From NCBI GenBank assembly GCA_900541985.1, contig UQLX01000001.1, positions 61,046 through 125,045 of the forward strand: DNA of 64,000 nt. The letters are read 5' to 3'. The translations under genes were made by a program, and so were the position numbers. Under the pieces are notes generated by a model. The model was given only the letters and a program-made list of their open reading frames with translations, was not told the origin of the DNA and searched no databases. This DNA is from an uncultured Blautia sp. GTDB lineage: Bacteria > Bacillota > Clostridia > Lachnospirales > Lachnospiraceae. This document shows positions 1 through 10,534 of the stretch, one piece after another (within the stretch, counting starts at the first letter, position 1; each line of letters begins with the position of its first letter).

Positions 1-93
1 GACCAAAATTTTGATAAAAATATAAAAAAATGGACATTGACACTTTTTTTCTCCTGTGACACTATAAAAGAAGTACAAGGAAGGAGAAAGATT

Positions 94-1590
94 ATGTCAG
101 ATAGAAGAGAATGCGGCGTGCTGCTTCCCATCAGCAGCCTGCCGTCAAAATATGGAATCGGATGTTTTTCCAAAAGCGCTTATGAGTTTGTAGACGGACT
201 GAAGGCAGCCGGACAGGACTGCTGGCAGATCCTGCCGCTGGGACCTACCAGTTATGGGGATTCTCCCTACCAGAGTTTTTCGACTTTTGCAGGAAATCCG
301 TATTTTATCAGCCTGGAGGATCTCATTGAAGAGGGCGTGCTTTCGGAAAAGGAATGTGACGCTGCAGATTTTGGGACGGATCCTTCCAGTGTGGATTATG
401 CAAAGATATACAAAAGCCGTACGACACTTTTAAGAAAAGCATATGAACGCAGCAATATAGCAGAAAATGAAGAATTTCTGCGTTTTCAGCAGGAAGAGGC
501 CTCGTGGCTGAAGGATTATGCTCTTTTTATGGCTGTGAAACAGCGTTTCGACGGAAAGCCATGGAGTGAGTGGGCGGAGGATATCCGTCTCAGATGGCAG
601 AATGCACTGGATTATTACCGGGAAGAACTGTATTTTGAAATTGAATTTCAGGAATATATGCAGTTTAAGTTCCTCCAGCAGTGGATGAAACTGAAGAATT
701 ATGCCAATGAACAGGGAATCCGGATCATCGGAGACATTCCTATTTATGTTGCCATGGACAGTGCCGATACCTGGGCGAGTCCCTGGCTGTTTAAGCTGGA
801 CGAAAAAAACTGTCCGACTCAGGTTGCCGGATGTCCGCCGGACGGCTTTTCTGCCACAGGACAGCTTTGGGGAAATCCTCTTTATAACTGGGAGGTTCAC
901 AGAAATACAGGCTTTGACTGGTGGATCCATCGTATTGAGCATTGCTTCCGTCTTTATGATGTGGTGCGTATTGACCATTTCCGCGGCTTTGATGAGTATT
1001 ATGCCATTCCATACGGAGATAAGACCGCAGAAAACGGATGGTGGGAAAAAGGACCGGGGATCGATCTTTTCCGGGCAATTTCTGCCAGACTGGGACAGCG
1101 TGATATCATTGCAGAGGATCTGGGCTACATGACAGATTCTGTGAAGACCCTTGTGGAAGAAAGCGGTTATCCGAATATGAAGGTCATTGAGTTTGCCTTT
1201 GATGAAAGAGATACCGGAAATGCAAGCGATTATCTTCCGCATAATTATCCGGAAAACTGTGTGGTTTATACGGGAACCCATGATAATGAAACATTGCTTT
1301 CCTGGTTCCCGGATATCAGTCCTCTGGAGCGGAGACAGGTAAGAGAGTATCTGAATGACTTCCATAGCTCCGAGCAGGAAATCTGCCAGAACCTGATCTG
1401 TCTGGTCATGAGAAGTGTGGCAAAGCTTTGCGTGATCCCTATGCAGGATTATCTTTACCTGGATAATTCTGCCCGTATGAATCAGCCATCCACTTTAGGC
1501 AAAAACTGGAAGTGGAGACTTGTACCCGGACAGTTTACAGAAGCACTTCAAAAAGAAATGAAAGCACTTGCAAAACGGTACGGCCGTTAA
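94..1590 (+). CDS. malQ: 4-alpha-glucanotransferase (amylomaltase)
   Basis: The translation from the ATG at 94 (GGAGAA RBS about 8 nt upstream) reads 'MSDRRECGVLLPISSLPSKYGIGCF...', with 'RIDHFRGF' and 'YTGTHDN' GH77 motifs. The 37-93 extension in the ORF track lacks an RBS. Confidence 0.9.
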   Translation: MSDRRECGVLLPISSLPSKYGIGCFSKSAYEFVDGLKAAGQDCWQILPLGPTSYGDSPYQSFSTFAGNPYFISLEDLIEEGVLSEKECDAADFGTDPSSVDYAKIYKSRTTLLRKAYERSNIAENEEFLRFQQEEASWLKDYALFMAVKQRFDGKPWSEWAEDIRLRWQNALDYYREELYFEIEFQEYMQFKFLQQWMKLKNYANEQGIRIIGDIPIYVAMDSADTWASPWLFKLDEKNCPTQVAGCPPDGFSATGQLWGNPLYNWEVHRNTGFDWWIHRIEHCFRLYDVVRIDHFRGFDEYYAIPYGDKTAENGWWEKGPGIDLFRAISARLGQRDIIAEDLGYMTDSVKTLVEESGYPNMKVIEFAFDERDTGNASDYLPHNYPENCVVYTGTHDNETLLSWFPDISPLERRQVREYLNDFHSSEQEICQNLICLVMRSVAKLCVIPMQDYLYLDNSARMNQPSTLGKNWKWRLVPGQFTEALQKEMKALAKRYGR

Positions 1591-1621
1591 AAATAAGTTT
1601 GTGTTTTTTGTGAGATGAGCC

Positions 1622-1650
1622 TTGCACAGGAATTTTTTCAGTGCTATAAT
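1622..1650 (+). promoter_or_regulatory. sigma-70-type promoter for the tRNA gene
   Basis: TTGCAC (1622-1627), a 17-nt spacer, then TATAAT (1645-1650). The hexamer ends 8 nt upstream of the tRNA 5' end. Confidence 0.6.
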
Positions 1651-1658
1651 AGGCTCAT

Positions 1659-1729
1659 GCAGATATAGTTCATCGGTAGAACACCAGCTTCCCAAGCTGG
1701 GGAGGCGGGTTCGATTCCCGTTATCTGCT
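1659..1729 (+). tRNA. tRNA-Gly (anticodon CCC), no encoded CCA
   Basis: A 71-nt cloverleaf was folded by hand. Acceptor GCAGATA/TATCTGC; D arm GTTC-ATCGGTA-GAAC; anticodon arm CCAGC-TTCCCAA-GCTGG; T arm GCGGG-TTCGATT-CCCGT; discriminator T. Confidence 0.85.
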
Positions 1730-1876
1730 TGAAGAGGCATCCTGCTTTATAAAAAGGCAGAGGTGCTTTTTTTATTACTTTTAAGCTGTCAGGGGAAACT
1801 TTTCCGGAATTTCTTGAACACAGGAACAGAACCATGTATGATAGAGAAAAGGAGGTACGAAAGGATAAGGAGATAT

Positions 1877-2320
1877 ATGAAAAAAGAAGTGAATCACGCA
1901 ATAAGAAAACGCTTTAATGACATTATCTACAACATTGCCCGTTATACAGAAATCCTTCTGTCTGTTGTGATTCTGGTAGTGATCACATTTGCCGGGATCC
2001 GTTTGATCTATGATGTGGCAGGCACCGAGATTATGAATATGGATTCGGGATTCTTTTCAGAGTTTCTGGCTAACGGACTGTCTTTGGTGGTTGGGGTGGA
2101 ATTTGTAAAAATGCTTTGCAGACACTCTTCTCAGACAGTTGTTGAGGTGCTGATGTTTGCCACTGCCCGGCAGATGGTTGTCGAGCATCTGGGAACGACG
2201 CAGACACTGATTGGTGTGATCGCCATTGCCCTTTTGTTTGCGATCCGCAAATATCTGATGACGGAAATAGATGTGGTAGGATATCATGCAGAAAATCACA
2301 GAGAGGAAGAATGTAAATGA
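1877..2320 (+). CDS. small polytopic membrane protein, PsiE-like (phosphate-starvation-inducible E family)
   Basis: ATG at 1877 follows GGAGAT. The protein is about 147 aa with 4 hydrophobic helices. The 'VGVEFVKML...EVLMFATARQMVV' pattern resembles PsiE. The family call is from memory only. Confidence 0.45.
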   Translation: MKKEVNHAIRKRFNDIIYNIARYTEILLSVVILVVITFAGIRLIYDVAGTEIMNMDSGFFSEFLANGLSLVVGVEFVKMLCRHSSQTVVEVLMFATARQMVVEHLGTTQTLIGVIAIALLFAIRKYLMTEIDVVGYHAENHREEECK

Positions 2321-3111
2321 AAATTGGATTTATTGGATGCGGAAACATGGCTTCAGCCATGATCGGGGGAATTCTGAAAAAGGGAATTGTTGAAAAAAAT
2401 AATATTATTGTATCAAATCTGACAGAAGCGGGATCAAAGCGCAGCCGGGAAAAACTGGGTGTGGAGACCACTATGGACAATCGTGAGGTTGCAAAAAAAG
2501 CAGAGATTCTTTTTCTGGCAGTGAAGCCGCAGTTTTACGAGGAAGTGATTATGGAAGTCAGGGATCTTCTGACAGAGGAACAGCTTCTGGTAAGTATTGC
2601 TCCGGGCAAAACACTGAAATGGCTGGAAGATACCTGCGGACGTCCGATGAAGATCATCCGTCTGATGCCAAATACACCGGCACAGGTAGGGGAAGGCATG
2701 ACCGGAGGATGCTGCAATGAACGCGTGACAGAGGAAGACGCACAGAAGATCCGTGAGATTGCTGGCAGCTTCGGAAGATTTGAGTTTGTTCCGGAACGGC
2801 TTCTGGATGCATTCAGTGCAGTCTGTGGCTGCTCTCCGGCATATGTGTTTATGTTTATTGAAGCTATGGCTGATGCAGCAGTGGCGCAGGGACTTCCGAG
2901 AAGCCAGGCATATTCTTTTGCAGCCCAGGCAGTTATGGGAAGTGCTAAAATGGTGCTGGAAACAGGAAAACATCCGGGAGAACTGAAAGATATGGTCTGC
3001 TCTCCGGCCGGAAGCACCATTGAGGGTGTCAGGATCCTGGAAAAGGCCGGAATGAGGAGCGCAGTGTTTGAGGCGCTGAACGGAGCGGCAGAAAAAGGGA
3101 AACGTCTGTAA
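2317..3111 (+). CDS. proC: pyrroline-5-carboxylate reductase
   Basis: N-terminal Rossmann motif 'MKIGFIGCGNMASAMIGG', 'RLMPNTPAQVGEG', and C-terminal 'SPAGSTIEG'. Confidence 0.9.
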   Translation: MKIGFIGCGNMASAMIGGILKKGIVEKNNIIVSNLTEAGSKRSREKLGVETTMDNREVAKKAEILFLAVKPQFYEEVIMEVRDLLTEEQLLVSIAPGKTLKWLEDTCGRPMKIIRLMPNTPAQVGEGMTGGCCNERVTEEDAQKIREIAGSFGRFEFVPERLLDAFSAVCGCSPAYVFMFIEAMADAAVAQGLPRSQAYSFAAQAVMGSAKMVLETGKHPGELKDMVCSPAGSTIEGVRILEKAGMRSAVFEALNGAAEKGKRL

Positions 3112-3161
3112 AATAAGAAATGAATAAATAATTTTTATTAAATTGTGTTAAAGAACAGAAT

Positions 3162-3206
3162 GTGCTAAACTATTCCTGTGAGGAGGTTTAGCACATGTTT
3201 TTATTT
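3162..3206 (+). terminator. intrinsic terminator after proC
   Basis: 9-bp stem GTGCTAAAC (3162-3170) / GTTTAGCAC (3186-3194), followed by ATGTTTTTATTT. Confidence 0.6.
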
Positions 3207-3400
3207 ATGGGAAAAATGCTGGAATTTTCTATGAGGCTCGAAAAATGTCGGAGTCGGGCTGTGCGTATGATGGGAAAAATGATTGGGGCGATTCCTTTGT
3301 ACTATGCAGAACATATGCAAAAAAGGCTGCTGGAAGGAAAGTGGGATCCGGGTTTGCGATGGCGGAAGCAATCTGCCCGCATCCGAAAGAGTATGAACAG

Positions 3401-3434
3401 AAAAAAGACATCTGTTCATAAAAAAACAGATGTC
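3401..3434 (-). terminator. intrinsic terminator after the CYTH gene
   Basis: 9-bp stem GACATCTGT (3407-3415) / ACAGATGTC (3426-3434). On the minus strand it is followed by a T6 run (the complement of A6 at 3401-3406). Confidence 0.6.
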
Positions 3435-3455
3435 CGCAAAAACTCCAGGAGTCGG

Positions 3456-3923
3456 TCAGTCCTCTGAAGAGTGCTTTCCGCGACTCAGGGAACTGTTATG
3501 ATACTGAGAAGACCAGGTTACGTCTTTACCAAACCAGGCAGGCGGAATATAGCCTTCCGCAGCCTCTTCTGATGAAAATTCCACTTCGGCAAGAAGAAGA
3601 CCTTCATATTCTTCGTGGAAAACATCAAGCTCAATGGTGAGTCCGTCTTTTTCCGGAATCAGATACCTTGTTTTTGAAATGACCAGTCCGTCTGCTTTGG
3701 GTTTCAGATGAAGATAAGCTTCCTCTGTAAGCGGAAGGTTGTATTCCTCACGGGACATAAATCCTTTGGACTTGTAGGTCAGATAATATTCGTCATCCTG
3801 TCTGCGGATGCGAACGACAGGTTCTGTACACAGATAGCCTTGTTCGATCCTGTGAAAAGGATATTCTTCCAGATTCCGGGGAAGCCGGTTCTGTTCGATC
3901 AGAAATTTACGTTCTATTTCCAT
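3456..3923 (-). CDS. CYTH-domain protein (CyaB/ThTPase-like triphosphate tunnel metalloenzyme)
   Basis: N-terminal 'MEIERKFLI' (the ExExK signature of CYTH), a size of about 155 aa, and 'LLLAEVEF' near the C-terminus. Confidence 0.8.
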   Translation of the reverse strand: MEIERKFLIEQNRLPRNLEEYPFHRIEQGYLCTEPVVRIRRQDDEYYLTYKSKGFMSREEYNLPLTEEAYLHLKPKADGLVISKTRYLIPEKDGLTIELDVFHEEYEGLLLAEVEFSSEEAAEGYIPPAWFGKDVTWSSQYHNSSLSRGKHSSED

Positions 3924-4131
3924 TATTTCCCTCCGTTTCTGTTATGGTGCATGTATTTGAGAACCATTATATCATCTGTAGATCTCCGCGTCATCTTTTC
4001 ATGAAGAGAAAAGTGTGATTTCAGACCTGTTTCCCGGTAAAATTCCCCAAAACCTTGTATGGAAGTAACTGGAAGTGGTATACTTACCGACATACAGAGG
4101 GACAGAAGTCCGAAAAACGGGAGGTACGTTC

Positions 4132-4686
4132 ATGAGCAAAAAAGTATACATTTTTCTGGCAGACGGTTTTGAAGACATCGAGGGACTGACGGTGGTGGAT
4201 CTTATGAGAAGAGCCGGAATTTCTGCAGATACCGTTTCTATTAAGGAAACAAGAGATATCATAACTTCTCATGGAATTGAAATGAAAACAGACAGGATTT
4301 TTTCCGGGACAGATTTCTCCGATGCAGACATGCTGGTACTTCCGGGAGGTATGCCGGGAACCAGATATCTGGGAGACTTTGCACCGCTTACAGAGCTTCT
4401 TACAGAACATTATAATAAGAATGGAAAAATCGCAGCCATCTGTGCAGCTCCCAGTGTGTTTGCAAAACTGGGATTTCTTAAGGGGAAAAAAGCAACTTCC
4501 TATCCGTCTTTTATGGATCAGCTTGATGGAGCTGAAACCTGCGAGGATGCAGTAGTGACAGATGGTAATGTGACAACCAGCCGCGGCCTGGGTACTGCCA
4601 TTCCTTTTGCTCTTTGTCTGATCGAACAGCTTATGGGAGAAGAGAAGGCTTCGGAAATCGCAGAATCCATTGTATATAAAAGGTAA
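4132..4686 (+). CDS. DJ-1/PfpI (ThiJ) family protein
   Basis: ATG at 4132 follows GGAGG. 'KVYIFLADGFEDIE', the nucleophile-elbow 'AAICAAPS' and 'VTDGNVTTSRG'. Confidence 0.85.
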   Translation: MSKKVYIFLADGFEDIEGLTVVDLMRRAGISADTVSIKETRDIITSHGIEMKTDRIFSGTDFSDADMLVLPGGMPGTRYLGDFAPLTELLTEHYNKNGKIAAICAAPSVFAKLGFLKGKKATSYPSFMDQLDGAETCEDAVVTDGNVTTSRGLGTAIPFALCLIEQLMGEEKASEIAESIVYKR

Positions 4687-4869
4687 ATATACAAACCTGA
4701 AAAAAACTCTGGTGTTTTTGTGCCAGTTGTGCTATACTTCGATAATGACTGTAATTGTATCCTTTTTTAAGAGGATACACCTGCCTGAATTGCTGAAAAG
4801 CAGGCAAATATAGAGAAAATTTATAAAAAATAGAATCAGAACCTGACAATTTAAGGAGGAACAGGAAAC

Positions 4870-6156
4870 ATGAGTTTACAGGTAGAAAAAATGGAAAAAA
4901 ACATGGCGAAACTGACTATCGAGGTTTCCGCTGAGGATTTAGACAAGGCAATGCAGAATGCATATCTGAAAGCCAGAGGAAAAATCTCTATCCCTGGTTT
5001 CCGTAAAGGCAAAGCACCGAGAAAAATGATCGAGCAGATGTACGGAAAGGGAATCTTCCTTGAGGACGCTGCAAACGCTCTTATTCCGGAGCATTACAGC
5101 AAAGCACTTGAGGAGTGCGAACTTGAGATCGTTTCTCAGCCGGAGATCGATGTTGTTCAGGCAGAGCCGGGCAAAGCATTTATCTTTACTGCAGAAGTTG
5201 CTGTAAAGCCGGAAGTAGCTCTTGGTGATTACAAGGGTCTTGAAGTTCCGAAGTCTGATGTGGAAGTAACAGACGAGGATGTTGATGCTGAGATCAAAAA
5301 AGAGCAGGAGAAAAACTCCAGAACAGTAACTGTTGAGGATCGTGGTGCAGAAAACGGCGATATCGCAACAATTGATTTTGAAGGATTTGTAGACGGTGTT
5401 GCATTTGAAGGCGGAAAAGGTACAGATTATCCGCTGACACTTGGTTCCGGTTCCTTTATTCCGGGATTCGAAGATCAGCTGGTTGGTGCAAAAGCCGGAG
5501 ATCATGTAGAAGTAAACGTAACTTTCCCTGAGGAGTATCAGGCAGCAGAGCTTGCCGGTAAAGCAGCTGTATTCCAGTGCGATGTGAAGAAAGTAGAAGC
5601 TAAGGAACTTCCGGAGCTTGACGACGATTTTGCTCAGGACGTTTCCGAGTTCGATACTCTTGTAGAGTACAAAGAAGATGTTAAGAAAAATCTTACAGAG
5701 AAAAAAGAAAAAGAAGCACGCGCTGTAAAAGAAAACGCAGCAGTAGATAAAGCGATCGAAAATGCACAGATGGAAATTCCGGACGCTATGGTAGACACTC
5801 AGGTTCGTCAGATGATCAACGATTTTGCATCCAGAATGCAGTCCCAGGGTCTTACTATGGAGCAGTACTTCCAGTTTACAGGAATGACTGTAGAAAAAAT
5901 GCAGGAAGAGATGAAACCGCAGGCTCTTAAGAGAATCCAGACAAGACTTGTTCTTGAAAAGATCGCTGAGGTTGAGAACATCCAGCCTACAGAGGATGAA
6001 GTAAACGAAGAGATCAGCAAGATGGCTGAAATGTACAAAATGGAAGCTGACAAATTAAAAGAGCTTCTTGGAGACCGTGAATTAGAGCAGATGAAGAAAG
6101 ACATGGCTGTACAGAAAGCAGTTACTCTTGTAGCAGACGAGGCAAAGGAAGCGTAA
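4870..6156 (+). CDS. tig: trigger factor
   Basis: 'GFRKGKAPRKMIE' ribosome-binding motif, an FKBP-type PPIase core 'IDFEGFVDGVAFEGG', and its position upstream of clpP-clpX. Confidence 0.95.
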   Translation: MSLQVEKMEKNMAKLTIEVSAEDLDKAMQNAYLKARGKISIPGFRKGKAPRKMIEQMYGKGIFLEDAANALIPEHYSKALEECELEIVSQPEIDVVQAEPGKAFIFTAEVAVKPEVALGDYKGLEVPKSDVEVTDEDVDAEIKKEQEKNSRTVTVEDRGAENGDIATIDFEGFVDGVAFEGGKGTDYPLTLGSGSFIPGFEDQLVGAKAGDHVEVNVTFPEEYQAAELAGKAAVFQCDVKKVEAKELPELDDDFAQDVSEFDTLVEYKEDVKKNLTEKKEKEARAVKENAAVDKAIENAQMEIPDAMVDTQVRQMINDFASRMQSQGLTMEQYFQFTGMTVEKMQEEMKPQALKRIQTRLVLEKIAEVENIQPTEDEVNEEISKMAEMYKMEADKLKELLGDRELEQMKKDMAVQKAVTLVADEAKEA

Positions 6157-6204
6157 GCGGACATCTTTGAAATCCACTGTGACGCGACGAATGGAGGCAT
6201 ATAT

Positions 6205-6786
6205 ATGAGTTTAGTACCTTATGTCATTGAGCAGACAAGCAGGGGAGAGAGAAGCTACGACATTTATTCCAGACTTCTGAAGGACAGAATTATTTTTCTG
6301 GGAGAGGAAGTCAATGATGTGAGCGCCAGCATTATTGTGGCACAGCTTCTGTTCCTGGAGGCTGAAGATCCGAACAAGGACATCCAGCTTTATATCAACA
6401 GTCCGGGAGGATCTGTCACCGCAGGTATGGCGATCTATGACACCATGAAATATATCAAATGTGACGTATCCACTATCTGTCTTGGAATGGCAGCCAGCAT
6501 GGGCGCCTTCCTTCTGGCAGGAGGAACCAGGGGTAAGAGATTTGCCCTGCCACATTCTACCATTATGATCCATCAGCCTTCCGGCGGTGCGCAGGGTCAG
6601 GCTACGGAAATTCAGATCGTGGCAGATCATATCGCACAGACGAAGAGGACTTTGAATGAGATGCTGGCAGAAAACACAGGGCAGCCTCTTGAAGTGGTTG
6701 AGAAGGATACCGACCGGGATAATTATATGACTGCAGAAGAAGCAAAAGCATATGGACTGATCGACGGTGTTGTCGAGCATAAATAA
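6205..6786 (+). CDS. clpP: ATP-dependent Clp protease proteolytic subunit
   Basis: '[18 protein letters not shown]', catalytic '[11 protein letters not shown]' (Ser), 'MIHQPSGG' (His). Confidence 0.97.
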   Translation: MSLVPYVIEQTSRGERSYDIYSRLLKDRIIFLGEEVNDVSASIIVAQLLFLEAEDPNKDIQLYINSPGGSVTAGMAIYDTMKYIKCDVSTICLGMAASMGAFLLAGGTRGKRFALPHSTIMIHQPSGGAQGQATEIQIVADHIAQTKRTLNEMLAENTGQPLEVVEKDTDRDNYMTAEEAKAYGLIDGVVEHK

Positions 6787-6873
6787 AAAGACGAAAGAAA
6801 AGACTCCTCTAACAGGGAGTCTTATCTTGCTTTTATCTCAGCATATCAAATAGAAAGGAAACGAAAAATATCC

Positions 6874-8178
6874 ATGGCAGATAAGATAAGAGACGGAAAA
6901 GTCAGATGCTCTTTTTGCAATAAATCGGAGGATCAGGTACGCAAACTGATCGCAGGTCCGGAAGGAGTATTTATCTGTGATGAATGTATAGGAATCTGTG
7001 CAGAAATCATGGAAGAAGAACTGGCGCCCTATGACCAGGAGAATTACGACAGTGAGATCAATCTGCTGAAACCGGAGGAGATTCATAAAATTCTGGACGA
7101 TTATGTAATCGGACAGGATGATGCAAAAAAAGCTCTTTCTGTGGCAGTTTACAATCACTACAAAAGGATCACTGCAGCCAAAAACCTGGATGTAGAGCTG
7201 CAGAAAAGCAATATTCTTATGCTTGGACCGACCGGCTCCGGAAAGACACTTCTTGCACAGACACTTGCCCGCCTTCTGAATGTCCCCTTTGCCATTGCAG
7301 ACGCTACGACTCTGACAGAGGCAGGCTATGTAGGTGAGGATGTGGAAAACATTCTTCTGAAGATCATACAGGCGGCGGATTATGATATCGAACGGGCTCA
7401 GTACGGCATTATTTATATTGATGAAATTGATAAGATCACCAGAAAATCCGAAAATGCATCGATTACCCGTGACGTATCCGGAGAAGGTGTACAGCAGGCG
7501 CTGCTGAAGATTCTGGAGGGTACGGTTGCAAGCGTTCCGCCACAGGGAGGAAGAAAGCACCCGCATCAGGAATTTATCCAGATTGATACTACAAATATCC
7601 TGTTTATCTGCGGTGGCGCTTTTGACGGAATAGAAAAGATCATCGAAGCACGTCAGGATACGAAATCCATTGGATTCGGAGCAGAGGTTTCCTCTAAACA
7701 GGAAAGAAATGTAGGAGAAGTGCTGAAGCAGGTAATGCCTGAGGATTTTGTAAAGTTTGGTCTGATCCCGGAGTTTATCGGACGAGTTCCGGTAGTGGTT
7801 ACTCTGGATGGTCTGGATGAAAAAGCGCTGATCCGTATTTTAAGAGAACCGAAAAATTCTCTTACCAAGCAGTATCACAAGCTGTTTGAGCTGGATGGAG
7901 TGGAGATCGACTTTCAGGAGGAAGCGCTGGAGCTGGTTGCAAAGAAATCCCTGGAACGCAAAACAGGAGCCAGAGGACTTCGCTCCATTATGGAGACCTC
8001 CCTTATGGATCTTATGTATAAGGCGCCTTCGGACAGTACAATCCGTAAAGCGATCATTACCAGAGAGACGGTAGAGGGAACCGGAGAGCCGGAGATCATC
8101 CGTGGAGAAGAGCCGGAACAGCCGGCAGGAAAGAGAAACCCACGTTCCAGAAAGAAAGGCAGATCAGAAACTGCCTGA
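6874..8178 (+). CDS. clpX: ATP-dependent Clp protease ATP-binding subunit ClpX
   Basis: N-terminal zinc ribbon 'CSFCNK...CDECI', Walker A 'GPTGSGKT', Walker B 'IIYIDEIDK', and 'ARGLRS'. Confidence 0.97.
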   Translation: MADKIRDGKVRCSFCNKSEDQVRKLIAGPEGVFICDECIGICAEIMEEELAPYDQENYDSEINLLKPEEIHKILDDYVIGQDDAKKALSVAVYNHYKRITAAKNLDVELQKSNILMLGPTGSGKTLLAQTLARLLNVPFAIADATTLTEAGYVGEDVENILLKIIQAADYDIERAQYGIIYIDEIDKITRKSENASITRDVSGEGVQQALLKILEGTVASVPPQGGRKHPHQEFIQIDTTNILFICGGAFDGIEKIIEARQDTKSIGFGAEVSSKQERNVGEVLKQVMPEDFVKFGLIPEFIGRVPVVVTLDGLDEKALIRILREPKNSLTKQYHKLFELDGVEIDFQEEALELVAKKSLERKTGARGLRSIMETSLMDLMYKAPSDSTIRKAIITRETVEGTGEPEIIRGEEPEQPAGKRNPRSRKKGRSETA

Positions 8179-8196
8179 GGAAGGAAATGAATATAC

Positions 8197-10515
8197 ATGA
8201 CACAGTCAACAAATATCTTGCCGGCGATCGCCCTTAGGGGAACTACGATCCTACCGGATATGATCGTCCACTTTGATGTGAGCAGAGAACGCTCTGTCAG
8301 AGCAGTTGAGGCAGCCATGCTCCATGATCAGGAGATTTTTCTGATTACTCAGAGAGACCCTGAAATCCAGGAGCCGGGGCTTTCACAGCTTCATAAGGTG
8401 GGAACGATCGCATATATCAAACAGGTGATCAAGCTTCCGCACGATCTTCTCCGCGTGTTTGTAGAAGGACGGGAAAGAGCTGCCCTGCTGTCACTGAAGC
8501 AGGAGGAACCTTTCCTCAGTGCAGAGATATCAGTAATTGAAACAGACGAAGATCAGTATGGAACAAACATCAGAGAAGCCATGCACAGAAGTCTCAGTAA
8601 TCTGTTCCAGCAGTATAGTGCAGAAAGCAGAAAAGTCAGCAAAGAGCTGACAGTACAGATACTGAACATCGAAGACCTGGATGAAATGATCACGCAGATT
8701 TCTGTGAATATTCCACTGACATGGCAGAACAGGCAGAAGTTTCTGGAAGCAATCACACTGGAAAACAGATATGAGGTACTGGGGGGAATTCTCCAGAATG
8801 AAATAGAAATCCTCAAGGTGGGACAGGATCTGCAGAAGAAGCTGAAGACCCGGATCGACAAAAATCAGAGAGACTATATTCTGCGCGAGCAGCTGAAACT
8901 GATCAGGGAGGAACTCGGCGAGGAAAATACTGCGGATACAGCTGAGGAATACCGCACAAAACTGAAAGAACTGGATGCACCGAAAGAAGTAAAGGATAAA
9001 ATAGCCAAAGAGATCGGACGTTTTAAATCCATGAACAGCAGTGCGGCAGAAAGCGCAGTTTTGAGCACATATATCGAAACACTTCTCAGTCTGCCGTGGA
9101 ATAAGCGTTCCCTGGATTCTGAGGATCTGAAGGAAGCCTGGAGAATCCTTGAGGAAGGTCATTATGGTCTGAAGGATGTAAAAGAGAGGATCATGGAGTT
9201 CCTTTCCGTCCGTAAGCTTACCAGAGGAGGTAAAAGTCCGATATTATGTCTGGTAGGTCCTCCGGGAACCGGTAAGACTTCCATAGCAAAATCTGTGGCA
9301 GAAGCTCTTCACAAAAAATATGTCCGCATCTGTCTGGGCGGTGTCCGGGATGAGGCAGAGATCCGTGGTCACAGAAAAACCTATGTAGGAGCCATGCCGG
9401 GACGAATCACGGTTGCTCTTCAGCAGGCAGGTGTCAGCAATCCACTGATGCTTCTGGATGAGATAGACAAAACAAGCAGCGATTATAAGGGAGATACTTC
9501 CGCTGCTCTTCTGGAGGTTCTGGATCCGGAGCAGAACAGCCGGTTTAATGATCATTATGTGGAGGTTCCGCAGGATCTTTCAGAGGTATTGTTTATTGCC
9601 ACAGCCAATGACATGCAGGAGATCCCGCGTCCATTGCTGGACCGTATGGAAGTGATCGAGATTTCCGGCTATACAGAAAATGAGAAAGAGCATATTGCAA
9701 AGGAGCATCTGATTCCCAAGCAGATGGAGATCAATGGTATTCCAAAAGGCAGTCTGGCGATCCAGACACCGGCGCTCCGCAAAATCATCAATCTTTATAC
9801 CAGAGAAGCCGGTGTGCGTGATCTGGAGAGAAAAATCGGACAGATCTGCCGGAAATCAGCCAGAGAGATCATGGAAAATGATCTGGCAAAGGTAAAGGTT
9901 ACAACCAAAAATCTGGAAAAATTTCTTGGTAAGAGCCGCTATTCTTATATGATGGCAAACAAAAAGGATGAGATTGGTATTGCCAGAGGACTTGCGTGGA
10001 CACAGGCAGGCGGAGATACGCTTCAAATAGAAGTGAATGTAATGCCTGGAAAAGGGGAGCTTGTACTGACCGGTCAGCTTGGTGATGTAATGAAAGAATC
10101 TGCGCAGGCGGGTATTTCTTATATCCGTTCCGTGGCAGAAAAGTATGATATCAAGCCTGCATTTTTCCAGGAAAATGATATTCATGTACATATTCCGGAG
10201 GGAGCTGTTCCCAAAGACGGACCATCGGCAGGGATCACAATGGCAACAGCCATGCTGTCCGCTATTGTGAAAAAGCCGGTAAGAGCAGATGTAGCCATGA
10301 CGGGAGAGATCACGCTCAGAGGAAGAGTACTTCCGATCGGCGGTCTGAAAGAGAAGCTTCTCGCAGCCAAATATGCAAAAATACAGGAGGTGCTGGTTCC
10401 GGCAGAGAACAGAGCGGACATTGAAGAGATGGACGCAGAGATTCTGGACGGATTGAAGATCTCCTTTGTGGAAAACATGAAAGAAGTGCTCCATCGGGCA
10501 CTGACCAGAGATTAA
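8197..10515 (+). CDS. lon: endopeptidase La (Lon protease)
   Basis: Lon N-domain, Walker A 'GPPGTGKTS', and proteolytic 'PKDGPSAGITMATA' with the catalytic Ser. Confidence 0.95.
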   Translation: MTQSTNILPAIALRGTTILPDMIVHFDVSRERSVRAVEAAMLHDQEIFLITQRDPEIQEPGLSQLHKVGTIAYIKQVIKLPHDLLRVFVEGRERAALLSLKQEEPFLSAEISVIETDEDQYGTNIREAMHRSLSNLFQQYSAESRKVSKELTVQILNIEDLDEMITQISVNIPLTWQNRQKFLEAITLENRYEVLGGILQNEIEILKVGQDLQKKLKTRIDKNQRDYILREQLKLIREELGEENTADTAEEYRTKLKELDAPKEVKDKIAKEIGRFKSMNSSAAESAVLSTYIETLLSLPWNKRSLDSEDLKEAWRILEEGHYGLKDVKERIMEFLSVRKLTRGGKSPILCLVGPPGTGKTSIAKSVAEALHKKYVRICLGGVRDEAEIRGHRKTYVGAMPGRITVALQQAGVSNPLMLLDEIDKTSSDYKGDTSAALLEVLDPEQNSRFNDHYVEVPQDLSEVLFIATANDMQEIPRPLLDRMEVIEISGYTENEKEHIAKEHLIPKQMEINGIPKGSLAIQTPALRKIINLYTREAGVRDLERKIGQICRKSAREIMENDLAKVKVTTKNLEKFLGKSRYSYMMANKKDEIGIARGLAWTQAGGDTLQIEVNVMPGKGELVLTGQLGDVMKESAQAGISYIRSVAEKYDIKPAFFQENDIHVHIPEGAVPKDGPSAGITMATAMLSAIVKKPVRADVAMTGEITLRGRVLPIGGLKEKLLAAKYAKIQEVLVPAENRADIEEMDAEILDGLKISFVENMKEVLHRALTRD

Positions 10516-10534
10516 AGAAACAGAGAGGAAACCA

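Noticed and set aside
430-1365. Long antisense ORFs opposite real genes. Examples: 430-1365, 6838-7566, 9856-10656, 19782-20507, 21851-22783, 31586-32509, 37810-38574, 38683-39657, 42840-43964, 49201-50424, 53920-55254, 56987-58042, 58315-59073, 60819-61601, 61722-62612.
   Set aside because: Each lies fully inside a confidently identified gene on the other strand. Each has a Cys/His/Ile/Phe/Arg-rich, low-complexity translation with no recognisable motifs and no RBS. These are typical shadow ORFs.
3195-3467. A 90-aa ORF with an apparent GAGGAGG RBS.
   Set aside because: The RBS and start are the two arms of the proC terminator hairpin. The product is extremely basic with no domain, and the ORF reads through the opposing terminator.
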